NCBI RefSeq assembly: GCF_000328665.1
Contig: NC_019977.1
Coordinates: 558,001 to 622,000 of the forward strand
Length of the DNA stretch: 64,000 bases
Origin: Methanomethylovorans hollandica DSM 15978
GTDB taxonomy: Archaea > Halobacteriota > Methanosarcinia > Methanosarcinales > Methanosarcinaceae
Reading direction: 5' to 3'
The translations under genes were made by a program, and so were the position numbers. This document shows, piece by piece, positions 1 through 9,691 of the stretch (the stretch's first letter is position 1; every line of letters begins with the position of its first letter). The notes under the pieces are model-generated. The model saw nothing but the letters and a program-made list of their open reading frames with translations. It was not told the origin of the DNA and searched no databases.

Positions 1-2
1 CA

Positions 3-3000
3 GACCACGGTTACAATGCATCAGCTCCTACGATCGGAATAATAGGTAATAGGCTGGGTAAGACCTCTATAGAATACAATTCCGAGGACGCGATCATCAG
101 AGAGCTTGAATCAAGAGGATGCAATGTGATCTACACCACTTATGCCGTATGTGAGGATGATGTGGATTACTTCACCATGAACGGTGAAGTGATAGTTGAT
201 TCAATAATCTCGGTAAAAGGTTTCTATCTTAACTATAATGACCATGAAAAAGGGATAGAATATCTGCAAAAGTACAATGTGCCTGTAATTAAAGCTATAC
301 AGGATTATTACCAGACGCCTGACGAGTTCAATGAAAGTGTGCTGGGATTGAGCAGTACCTCCATTCCATATCAGGTAACACAGCCCGAAATAGACGGGCT
401 TACCGATTATATCTGGTTAGCCGGAAGGGTGCAGGACGAAGCAACAGAGCAGTATTACTATGAACCAATCAAATGTCAGGTCGAATGGCTATGCGACAGG
501 GCCATTGCATGGGCAGAGCTTGGAAAAGAAACAAATGCTGACAAGAAGATCACCATCCTTTACTACAACCACGAGGGCGGCAAGAACAACATCGGTGCCA
601 GCTACCTGGATATCGGTTCAAGCTTTACTCTGCTCTTGGAAGACATGCAGGCAGCAGGCTATAACATAGGCAATGGCACAATTCCAAATGGCAGTGAGTT
701 CATCGATCTTTTCATTGAAAGCAGGAATGTAGGCACATGGGCTCCAGGGGAACTTGAGAAGGTCGTACAGTCAGGTTATGTGACCCTTCTGCCGGTGGAC
801 GAATATCTTGAATGGTACGAAACATTGCCACAGAGCGTACGCACCGAAGTAGAGGACACATGGGGCAAAGCTCCAGGTGATGTCATGACCTATGAGAACA
901 GAAGTGGAAAGTACTTTGTAATACCTACTATCCAGCTTGGAAATGTCAATTTTATACCCCAGCCAACCAGGGCAACCCTTTCAGATGAGTCTCTTATATA
1001 TCATAATTCCTCAATACCGCCCACACACCAGTATCTTGCGACATATTTCTGGATCAACGACATATACGATGCAGATGCTATGATACACTTTGGTACCCAC
1101 GGTACACAGGAATGGCTCCCGGGCAACGAAGTTGGTCTGTGGAGATATGACTATCCGTCTATCATGGTGGCTGAAACCCCTGTGGTCTACCCGTATATCA
1201 TGGACAATGTGGGAGAAGGTACACAGGCAAAACGCAGAGGCAATGCTGTCATAATAGACCATCTCACACCACCGATAATAGAAGCCGGTCTTTATGGCGA
1301 CCTTGCCACAATGAGTGAGAAGATCCAGAACTATGAGGATGCAAAAAGTGACAATAAAACTGGAATGATGGCACTCTATCGTAACAGCACGATACAACTT
1401 TACGGTAATCTCAGCCTTGCAGAGGATCTGGAAGTCTCAACTGGTGAATTGTATAATATGACAGATGACGACTTTGAGAACTTCCTGAATAGCGTGCTGG
1501 AGGATTATCTTGAAGATATGAAATCAGAGCTCATCCCGTATGGTCTTCATGTCTTTGGGGTGGCTCCTGAAGGTGAGAAGCTTGTATCTATGGTAAGGTC
1601 CGTGCTGGGTGATGATTTCAGCGATCACATCTATAATGTGCTGGCTAAAGATAACGGAACCGAGGAAGACTGGGAAATAGAAGCAGATTCTGATGCCATG
1701 TTACTTTTGAATGCCACCCTGCTGAATGCAACTAACGTTTCAACTGCCCAGGTTGAGTTAATAGGTCTTACAAATGCCAATATCACAGCCGATCTTGAGC
1801 TGGCGCTGCAGTATGCAGATAACCTGGCTCAGACCACACGTGAGATCGACCAGACATTAAGGGCACTTAATGCTGAGTATATAGAACCTGGTACAGGCAA
1901 TGATCCTATCCGCAACCCGGGTGCACTGCCCACAGGTAAGAACTTCTACAGCTTTGACCAGAGGACCATTCCCGATGAAGAGACCGAAGCCATGGGAGAT
2001 GCCGTCATAGACGCCTGGCTTGAAAACTACTATGCCTCAAATGGCACATATCCCAACAAGGTAGCCTTTGTCATGTGGTCAGTGGAAACAATGCGACATG
2101 AAGGTCTTATGGAAGCACAGATCTATGCCCTTCTGGGTGTGGAACTGGAAAGGACCAGCGGAAGAATAACCGGATTCAAAGTGATCCCGCAGGAAGAGAT
2201 GACACATCCGAGAATAGACGTGCTGATCACAACATCGGGACTCTATCGTGACACCTTCCCATACCAGATAGAACTGATGGATACAGCGGTCCGCATGGTT
2301 GCTGAACTTAATGAAACAAACGAAACCAACTATGTCAGATGGAACTCACTTGCAATAGAAGATACAATGCTGGCAGGCGGATATAATGAAAGCGTTGCAC
2401 ACAATGTTTCTATGTCCAGGGTATTCAGTGAGGCCACAGGTACTTATGGTACGGGTGTTTCCGAAGCAGTGGAGGCAAGCGATACCTGGGAGAATTCGTC
2501 AGAAGTTGCCGACCTGTACATATCCCGCATGTCCAACGTATACGGTAAAGATGTATGGGGTGTTAATTATGAGGATGTGTTCGAGCTGAACCTGGGAGGA
2601 GTGGATTCGGCCATACACAGTGATACTTCGAACCTTTACGGTCTCATAGACAATGATGACTATTATTCCTATTTCGGAGCACTCGGACTTGCTGTAAAGT
2701 CGATCGTAGGTGAGTCTCCTTCGATGTACATCTCTGATCTGACCAGCGTAGACAACCCGGAGATCATCACGCTAAGTGAAGCTTTCAGTGCTGAACTGAC
2801 TGCAAGATACCTCAATCCCAACTGGATAACCGGTATGATGGAATATGATTATGCAGGTGCCAGGGAAATGATGAAGACCATGGAATATATGTGGGGATGG
2901 GAAGCCACCACACCTGATCTGGTAACCGATTCTGACTGGAACAAGATGTATGAAACATATATACTGGATTCCCAGAACCTTGGACTGGATGAGTTCCTTA

Positions 3001-3599
3001 AGGATAATGCATATCAGTATCAGTCCATTACAGCAAGGATGCTTGAGACCGTAAGGAAGGATTCCTGGGACGCCTCGGACGAAGTGGTCGAGAACCTGGT
3101 GAAAGAATATGTTGAATCGGTGGTGGAAAATGGTGTCACATGCTGTCATCATACCTGTGGCAATCCTTCACTGGATGAGTTCATACAGGGTGTAATGTCC
3201 GTCCCAGGTCTGGTGGACGAACAAACGGCATCAGAATACAAGAAACTTATAGAGGAAGCTACCAGTGAGCCAGTGAAGGAAAGCACTTCCAGCCGCAGTA
3301 GTAGCCGTGGTTCCAGTGGTCCGAAACTGGAAATTACTAACCAGGCCACAACTTCTACATCAAACCAGACTATAGAATCTCAGATTGGTGCAGGCACAGA
3401 CCTTAGCCAGCCTGCGCCCGAAGCTCCGAAGTCTACTCCTGAGAACTATGTAGAAGGGTATGAGATGACCAAGGAAACTGTAGCTCCACCTGAAAGCAGT
3501 ACCCCTACTTTCTCTGGTTCTGATATAGTTGCTATTGTGCTGGTGGTAGGAGCAGCCGGAGCAGTGTTCCTGGGCTTCATGAGAAAGAGGAAAATGTGA
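3..3599 (+). CDS. CobN/Mg-chelatase subunit H-like protein, membrane-anchored (copy 1; 5' end outside window)
   Basis: The frame is open from position 3 (DHGYNASAPTIGIIG...), so the GTG at 126 is not the true start. CobN motifs: HFGTHGTQEWLPG, GEGTQAKRRG, IDHLTPP, LPTGKNFY, PRIDV, SGLYRDTF, YLNPNWI. It ends with CCHHTCGNP, a Ser/Thr linker, a TM helix and MRKRKM. Confidence 0.9.
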   Translation, partial: DHGYNASAPTIGIIGNRLGKTSIEYNSEDAIIRELESRGCNVIYTTYAVCEDDVDYFTMNGEVIVDSIISVKGFYLNYNDHEKGIEYLQKYNVPVIKAIQDYYQTPDEFNESVLGLSSTSIPYQVTQPEIDGLTDYIWLAGRVQDEATEQYYYEPIKCQVEWLCDRAIAWAELGKETNADKKITILYYNHEGGKNNIGASYLDIGSSFTLLLEDMQAAGYNIGNGTIPNGSEFIDLFIESRNVGTWAPGELEKVVQSGYVTLLPVDEYLEWYETLPQSVRTEVEDTWGKAPGDVMTYENRSGKYFVIPTIQLGNVNFIPQPTRATLSDESLIYHNSSIPPTHQYLATYFWINDIYDADAMIHFGTHGTQEWLPGNEVGLWRYDYPSIMVAETPVVYPYIMDNVGEGTQAKRRGNAVIIDHLTPPIIEAGLYGDLATMSEKIQNYEDAKSDNKTGMMALYRNSTIQLYGNLSLAEDLEVSTGELYNMTDDDFENFLNSVLEDYLEDMKSELIPYGLHVFGVAPEGEKLVSMVRSVLGDDFSDHIYNVLAKDNGTEEDWEIEADSDAMLLLNATLLNATNVSTAQVELIGLTNANITADLELALQYADNLAQTTREIDQTLRALNAEYIEPGTGNDPIRNPGALPTGKNFYSFDQRTIPDEETEAMGDAVIDAWLENYYASNGTYPNKVAFVMWSVETMRHEGLMEAQIYALLGVELERTSGRITGFKVIPQEEMTHPRIDVLITTSGLYRDTFPYQIELMDTAVRMVAELNETNETNYVRWNSLAIEDTMLAGGYNESVAHNVSMSRVFSEATGTYGTGVSEAVEASDTWENSSEVADLYISRMSNVYGKDVWGVNYEDVFELNLGGVDSAIHSDTSNLYGLIDNDDYYSYFGALGLAVKSIVGESPSMYISDLTSVDNPEIITLSEAFSAELTARYLNPNWITGMMEYDYAGAREMMKTMEYMWGWEATTPDLVTDSDWNKMYETYILDSQNLGLDEFLKDNAYQYQSITARMLETVRKDSWDASDEVVENLVKEYVESVVENGVTCCHHTCGNPSLDEFIQGVMSVPGLVDEQTASEYKKLIEEATSEPVKESTSSRSSSRGSSGPKLEITNQATTSTSNQTIESQIGAGTDLSQPAPEAPKSTPENYVEGYEMTKETVAPPESSTPTFSGSDIVAIVLVVGAAGAVFLGFMRKRKM

Positions 3600-3607
3600 T
3601 ATCCTAT

Positions 3608-3645
3608 GGCACTTTTCTCTTCAGGGAAGTGCCTATTCCCTCTTT
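3608..3645 (+). terminator. possible hairpin terminator
   Basis: GGCACTT...AAGTGCC inverted repeat followed by a pyrimidine/T tract just after the CobN copy 1 stop. Confidence 0.4.
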
Positions 3646-3872
3646 TAGGCCGATGGCCAGGGAATTGGTTTGGCTATTTCTCTGCCTCTTATATAGAGAC
3701 AGGAATATCCGAACTTTTTTAGTGGGGATTATTTTCGAAATTCTCTGAAGCAAATTTTTGTTTATAGTGTTGCTCGTAAGGTTAGATAATATATCTTTAA
3801 AAGTGGAGCCAATGGTTGGTCTATATAGGCTAAATAGCGAAGTTGATCCCACTTTTTGGAAGTGATGGTACT

Positions 3873-6800
3873 ATGAAATGGAGAGAGTTACTCTTGATGA
3901 TCAGTATACTGGCTATGCTGTTCAGTATACAGATAGCAGCGGCAGACGAAAACAAGGTCAATGTAATGTATATTTCCTGGACACCGAGCGCTGCTCTTGA
4001 AGCGGCAAGCCAGTCCATGGTATACAGTTCAGACGTGGTGTATACTTATGTGCCTTCATTTAACACGACCACTTGGACCGGTCCAAGTGACGAACTGCTT
4101 GCAGCAGCAAGTTCAGGATTGTTGATGGAACAAGATGTGATCTTTACTGATATGTTGTCAAGTGCTGTCTTTGATCCAATGAATACATCGTTCAGGGCTG
4201 CAAAGGACAACGGTACTTCATTTGTTGATATAAGGTCTCTGGGAACACCGGAGTACTTTGACTATATCTCCGACGGTTCTTCAACGGAGCCAATAGATAC
4301 CTATTATAATAATATGGGTATAGGAACTGAAACAGAAATGCAGAATGCAGAAGACCTCCTGACATATCTATGCAAGAACTACGGCAATAAGCCTCAGATC
4401 ACAGATAACTGGGGAGGTAAAATACGCATTGTCTATATCGGCTGGCAGCCAAGTGCTGCTTTGGAAGACGCTGCAAGTACGACCAGATTCAATGACAGTA
4501 TAGAATTTATATACATTCCTTCCTTCAATACTACCACATGGGCCGGTCCCAGTGATGAACTGCTGCAAGCAGCTTCAAGCGGTTTGCTGCTGCAACAGGA
4601 TGTGATATTCACTGACATGCTTTCATCTGCTGTCTTTGATCCCCTGAATGCTACATTTAACGCTGCTCATGATGCCGGCATCTCTCTTGTGGACATCAGG
4701 TCTATGGGCACTCCCGGATATTTTGACTACGTTTCAGACGGTTCCTCCACGCAGTTGATAGATACGTATTATAACAATATGGGTACTGCTACTGAAGATG
4801 AAAAGCTCAATGCAGAGAACCTTGTGCTATATCTGGCAAAGGAGTATGGTGATCATCCTGAGATTACTGATAAATGGGATACAATAAAGATCATGTATCT
4901 TTGCTATGCAGCAAACCCGGCCCTGGAAAATGCCAGTCTGACAAATCCGTACAGCCAGAACATAGAATACACTTACATCCCATCCTTCAATGTTACCACC
5001 TGGGCCGATCCCAGTGACGAGTTGCTCCGGGCGGCTTCAAGCGGTTTACTTCAGGAGCAGGACGTGATCTTTTGTGATATGCTCTCCAGCAGCATCTATG
5101 GTCCTCTTAACCAGAGTTTCTGGGAGGCTCATACGGTGGGCACGGTGTTCGTTGATGTGCGTTCCATTGATACACCGGCATATTTTGACCATGTATATAC
5201 AGGCGATGAAAATGTCACATTGCTTAACTATTACAACAACATGGGTACACAGACCGATGCCCAGTTAACTAGTGCCGAGAACTTCCTTATCTATCTTGCC
5301 AAGGAATACGGTGACAATCCCGAACTTACTGCGGACTGGCAATTACAGGGCTCAGATGCCTCCGTTCTGCCGCAGGTGGGGCTTTACCATAAAGATTATC
5401 CAGGTAAATACTTTGAGACCACGCAGCAGTATCTGGAATGGTATTCTACAAACGATGATACACACCATGTGTATGATCCATCAAAACCCACCATTGGTAT
5501 GTGGCTCCATCGCAGTGATATCACCAACGGCCAAATGGGAGTGGTAGACGCACTGATCTCTGACCTGGAAGGCAAGGACTGCAACGTTATAGTAGGATTT
5601 GATACATTCGATGACATTGTCAAGTACTATTGTGATGAGAACAATCAGTCGCTGGTACAGTGTGTCATATCCTTGAAGAGTTTCAGGCTGAACTACTACG
5701 ATAATGAGAAAGGAGAACGCGAACTGAGGCAACTCAATGTGCCTGTGTTAAGAGGTATTGTTGTGGACGTTCCGCAGACACCTGATCCGGCAGATGCCAA
5801 CAGGGGTATACCGAATGCGCAGGTAGTGAGGATGACCCTTGGTCCGAACCTTGACGGCATCTTTGAGTATGTTGTCATAGGAAAGAACGTATATGATTCC
5901 ACTAACGGTACAAGTGAAGCTGTTCCTATGGACATTCAGGTGGACTGGATAGGGAACAGGTCCATAAACTGGGCAAAGCTCAAGTTAATGAACAATTCCG
6001 AGAAGAAGGTTGCGGTGATCTATTACAACTATCCTTCAGGCAAGGACAATATAGGAGCCAGTTACCTTGATACAATTTCCAGCATGAGGCTCATGCTTCA
6101 GGAAATGCAGGATGCTGGTTTCAATGTTACTTCAGTGCCTGAGAACAACACAGAGCTGCTTGATGTGATCCAGGCCCAGGGTATAAATGCAGGGTGCTGG
6201 GCTCCGGGTGTGCTCAATGAAATGGTCGGGAACAGAACATCATGGGGACTGCAGCTTATACCCATGGAAACCTATCGCGAATGGTTTGAAGCAGAAATCC
6301 CACAGGATCTGCGAGATGAGGTAATAGAAGAATGGGGAGCACCCTGGCAGGAAGACTTACCTGAGGACAAGAATCTCATGATATGGGAGAACAATTCCGG
6401 CAAATATCTGGTGATACCTACCGTACAGTTTGGAAATGTGTGGCTCATGCCCCAGCCTGCCCGTGGTTTCATGCAGAGTGATGACACGTTGTATCACAGT
6501 ACATTGGTCCCTCCACCTCATCAGTATATAGCCTTCTATCTATGGCTTAATGAGCAGTGGGATGCAGATGCCGTCATCCATCTCGGAACCCATGGCACGC
6601 ATGAATGGCTGCCAGGGCAAGCATACGGTATGAACAGGACAGCCGAATGGTCCCCATTGCTATTGCAGGACATGCCAAATATCTATCCATACATCGTTGC
6701 CAATGTAGGAGAGGGCCTTACAGCGGAATACAGAGGCAATGCCCTGATCATCGATCACATGACACCAACTCTGGAACGCTCTGGCACATACGGACAACTG

Positions 6801-9158
6801 TCCAATCTATCACGTTACGTGCAGCAGTACTACGGACAGGAGATGTCCACCCAGACGAAAAAAGGGTATCAGATGATCATTGTCGATGAAATGGTAAAAG
6901 CAAATCTCACTACGGACCTGGAGCTTAATGCTTCTGAACTGTACGGATACAATGAAACGCTCTTTGATGTGTTCGTAAAGAACGTGCTGCATGAATATCT
7001 GGAAGAGATCGCAAGTGAGAACATACCTTATGGCATGCACATCCTTGGGGAAGTGCCAGCTTCGAACTCTACATCGCCCAACAGGGACGAACTATCATGC
7101 ATGGTACGTTCCATGATGAAGGGAAATTTCGAGGATAATGTCACAGCTGCTTATTATCCTATAGCTGATTATCCATTGGGCATACCGTTGAATGATACAA
7201 AAGTGGACTGGTTGGTATGGGAAGTTGTGACCAATGGTACTTCCATATATGACGCAGAGGATATGGTATACGGTTATACCAATGAATCTGTTTTCATAGA
7301 CCTGGAAAGGGGTCTGGAATATAAGCAGCGGCTCATTGACTCTGCTATAGAGATGGACAGGGTGATCGATGCTTTGAGTGCTGATTTCATACCTGCGGGG
7401 CCAGGTACCGATCCGGTGATGAACCCTAATGCTGTGCCTACAGGCAGGAACTTTTATGGAGTGAACCCCGAGCTTTACCCTTCTGAAGCCACGTGGAAGT
7501 TAGGAGTAATGCTTGCTCAGGAGTTGTTAGTGGACTACTATGAGGAACATGGTGAATATCCGACAAAGGTATCTTTCTCCCGGTTCGGTGTGGAATTCAT
7601 TCGCGACCATGGTACGCTGGAAGCTGAAGCCATGTACCTGTTGGGTGTCAAACCTGTCTGGGACAGCAATGGTTATGTGGTTGGTGTGGAACTCATACCT
7701 GAAGAAGAATTGCTGCCCAACTACGACGCTTCCTTGCCGGGAAGACCTCGCATCGATATAGTCTACGCAACTGCAGGTATGCGGGATGCTTTCCCAAGCA
7801 AGATCAAAATGCTTGATGATGCAGTGAAACTTGCAAATATAGCTCCTTCCGTGAATTACCCTAACTATGTTAACGCCAGTACACAAGCCATATACCAGGA
7901 TCTTTACGCAAGTCTTCAGGGGTCCTTTGAGACCGATGAAGAAACTGCTGCCATGGCTGAAACCCTCTCTACCATGAGATGTTTTGCAGTACAGGATGGG
8001 ACTTATGATATCCTGGTCGGCGATGCCATCGATGCGAGCGGTGTCTGGGAAAGCGAGGATGAGATCGCGACCCTGTATCTTGAGAAAATGGGCTTTGCCT
8101 ATGGAACTGAACTGTGGGGATACCAATGCCAGGAACTGCTTACATCCAACCTGAAGAACGTGGAAGCATCGGTACATTCGGATTCTTCCAATCTGTATGA
8201 TACCCTGGACAACGATGATTTCTTCCAGTATTTCGGTGGCCTGAACCTTGCGACCAGGTATGTAAGGGAAGACCATCAGACGCCGGAGATGTATGTTTCG
8301 GATACGAGGGACCCCAATAATGCCCAGATGACAGGAATGAAGGAATACCTGAGCAAGAACCTGCGTTCCAGGTACTTCAATCCCAAATGGATAGAGGGTA
8401 TGCAGGGATCAGGATATGCCGGTGGCAGGATGATGGCCGAGTTCGTGGACAATCTGTGGGGATGGGAAGTCACCGACCCTGAACTTGTGGACGATTCCGT
8501 ATGGGATAATGTCTATAAGACCTATGCCAATGAGGGTATGGAAGAATGGTTCAATGCGGAGAACGCTGGTGCATACCAGTCCATTACTGGCAGGATGCTG
8601 GAAGCGGTCCGTAAAGGATACTGGGAACCTTCTGCTGAAGTTGTACAAAGTCTGACACAGGAATATATGGAATCCGTGGCGGAGAATGGAGCTACATGTT
8701 GTCATCACACCTGTGGCAATCCTCTGCTTGATGATTTTGTCCAAGGTGTTGTTTCTGTACCGGGTGTTGTCAGTGAGGAAGTTATCGATAAATATAATCA
8801 GCAACTCTACAAGGCAACTCTCCGTGATGATACTGAGGCAAATGATGCCACTTCTGCTGAAAAGAGTAAGGGTGGAAGTTCCACCGGTTCTGCACAGGTA
8901 AAACCTGGAGGTTCGAGCAACCAGACCACTCAAACAGATGGCGGTGTTGGAACAGATCTGGACAAAGTGCCTCAGGAGTCCATGAGATCAACTCAGGACC
9001 CGAACTATGTGGAAGGTTATGAGATGACAACAGAAACCGTGTCCCAGCCGGAAAGCAGCAGTCCTACCTTCTCGGGTTCGGATATAGTTGCTCTTATCCT
9101 CGTGGCTGGAGCCGTTGGAGCAGTCTTTATAGGATTCATGAGAAGGAGGAAGATGTGA
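3873..9158 (+). CDS. CobN/Mg-chelatase subunit H-like protein, secreted and membrane-anchored, with 3 N-terminal repeats (copy 2)
   Basis: ATG 3873 follows a GTGATGG RBS-like sequence and begins a signal peptide (MKWRELLLMISILAMLFSIQIAAA). Three ~155-aa repeats precede the CobN motifs HLGTHGTHEWLPG, VPTGRNFY, RPRIDI, YFNPKWI. It ends with CCHHTCGNP, a TM helix and MRRRKM. Confidence 0.9.
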   Translation: MKWRELLLMISILAMLFSIQIAAADENKVNVMYISWTPSAALEAASQSMVYSSDVVYTYVPSFNTTTWTGPSDELLAAASSGLLMEQDVIFTDMLSSAVFDPMNTSFRAAKDNGTSFVDIRSLGTPEYFDYISDGSSTEPIDTYYNNMGIGTETEMQNAEDLLTYLCKNYGNKPQITDNWGGKIRIVYIGWQPSAALEDAASTTRFNDSIEFIYIPSFNTTTWAGPSDELLQAASSGLLLQQDVIFTDMLSSAVFDPLNATFNAAHDAGISLVDIRSMGTPGYFDYVSDGSSTQLIDTYYNNMGTATEDEKLNAENLVLYLAKEYGDHPEITDKWDTIKIMYLCYAANPALENASLTNPYSQNIEYTYIPSFNVTTWADPSDELLRAASSGLLQEQDVIFCDMLSSSIYGPLNQSFWEAHTVGTVFVDVRSIDTPAYFDHVYTGDENVTLLNYYNNMGTQTDAQLTSAENFLIYLAKEYGDNPELTADWQLQGSDASVLPQVGLYHKDYPGKYFETTQQYLEWYSTNDDTHHVYDPSKPTIGMWLHRSDITNGQMGVVDALISDLEGKDCNVIVGFDTFDDIVKYYCDENNQSLVQCVISLKSFRLNYYDNEKGERELRQLNVPVLRGIVVDVPQTPDPADANRGIPNAQVVRMTLGPNLDGIFEYVVIGKNVYDSTNGTSEAVPMDIQVDWIGNRSINWAKLKLMNNSEKKVAVIYYNYPSGKDNIGASYLDTISSMRLMLQEMQDAGFNVTSVPENNTELLDVIQAQGINAGCWAPGVLNEMVGNRTSWGLQLIPMETYREWFEAEIPQDLRDEVIEEWGAPWQEDLPEDKNLMIWENNSGKYLVIPTVQFGNVWLMPQPARGFMQSDDTLYHSTLVPPPHQYIAFYLWLNEQWDADAVIHLGTHGTHEWLPGQAYGMNRTAEWSPLLLQDMPNIYPYIVANVGEGLTAEYRGNALIIDHMTPTLERSGTYGQLSNLSRYVQQYYGQEMSTQTKKGYQMIIVDEMVKANLTTDLELNASELYGYNETLFDVFVKNVLHEYLEEIASENIPYGMHILGEVPASNSTSPNRDELSCMVRSMMKGNFEDNVTAAYYPIADYPLGIPLNDTKVDWLVWEVVTNGTSIYDAEDMVYGYTNESVFIDLERGLEYKQRLIDSAIEMDRVIDALSADFIPAGPGTDPVMNPNAVPTGRNFYGVNPELYPSEATWKLGVMLAQELLVDYYEEHGEYPTKVSFSRFGVEFIRDHGTLEAEAMYLLGVKPVWDSNGYVVGVELIPEEELLPNYDASLPGRPRIDIVYATAGMRDAFPSKIKMLDDAVKLANIAPSVNYPNYVNASTQAIYQDLYASLQGSFETDEETAAMAETLSTMRCFAVQDGTYDILVGDAIDASGVWESEDEIATLYLEKMGFAYGTELWGYQCQELLTSNLKNVEASVHSDSSNLYDTLDNDDFFQYFGGLNLATRYVREDHQTPEMYVSDTRDPNNAQMTGMKEYLSKNLRSRYFNPKWIEGMQGSGYAGGRMMAEFVDNLWGWEVTDPELVDDSVWDNVYKTYANEGMEEWFNAENAGAYQSITGRMLEAVRKGYWEPSAEVVQSLTQEYMESVAENGATCCHHTCGNPLLDDFVQGVVSVPGVVSEEVIDKYNQQLYKATLRDDTEANDATSAEKSKGGSSTGSAQVKPGGSSNQTTQTDGGVGTDLDKVPQESMRSTQDPNYVEGYEMTTETVSQPESSSPTFSGSDIVALILVAGAVGAVFIGFMRRRKM
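3954..5345 (+). repeat. three tandem ~155-aa intragenic repeats in CobN copy 2
   Basis: The units YxPSFNxTTWxxPSDELL, QDVIFxDMLSS, VDxRS and YYNNMG...AExxxxYLxKxYG each recur three times. Confidence 0.9.
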
Positions 9159-9234
9159 TAGCAGGAATGACCGATAATTATCTGGAAAATCCCCTTAAAG
9201 ATGCAGATCAGTAGCAGATTTGTCAGTTTACAGA

Positions 9235-9265
9235 GCCTTGTACTAGGTACAAGGTTTTTATTTTT
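9235..9265 (+). terminator. hairpin plus T-tract terminator
   Basis: CCTTGTAC-TAG-GTACAAGG followed by TTTTTATTTTT. Confidence 0.6.
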
Positions 9266-9529
9266 AACTGGCTTAAAGGAAGGATATTACTGACGCCATC
9301 TTCCGTTATTCATGTATCCATCTCCATTCTGTTAACTAAAAAGAGTAGCTTATAGGTTTTTAGCCCTGTTATATCCTGAACTTGGAAGTAGCTTTTTAAT
9401 TTTTACTTTTTCAAATACAGTATATCATTCTATCAGCTGATGCATTATATTTCGAGTTACAGTTATCTATACTTTTAATGTAAATTAAATGCTTAAATGC
9501 GCTTAGTTGTTATCAAAAAAGCAAATAGA

Positions 9530-9548
9530 TAAGTATATATCATACTTA
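9530..9548. promoter_or_regulatory. inverted repeat overlapping a TATA-like box upstream of CobN copy 3
   Basis: TAAGTAT-ATATC-ATACTTA (7-bp arms), preceded by an A-rich BRE-like stretch. Confidence 0.35.
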
Positions 9549-9691
9549 GTATTTTCATAACTACTAACATACATTCATAACTTAATCTCACACGTTTACA
9601 AATACGATGCACGTATTATTGTGGTCCGGTGTTCCTTGAAAATCAATTTGGATTTACCGGATCACATAGTAAAGCAAAGACGGTGGTTATC

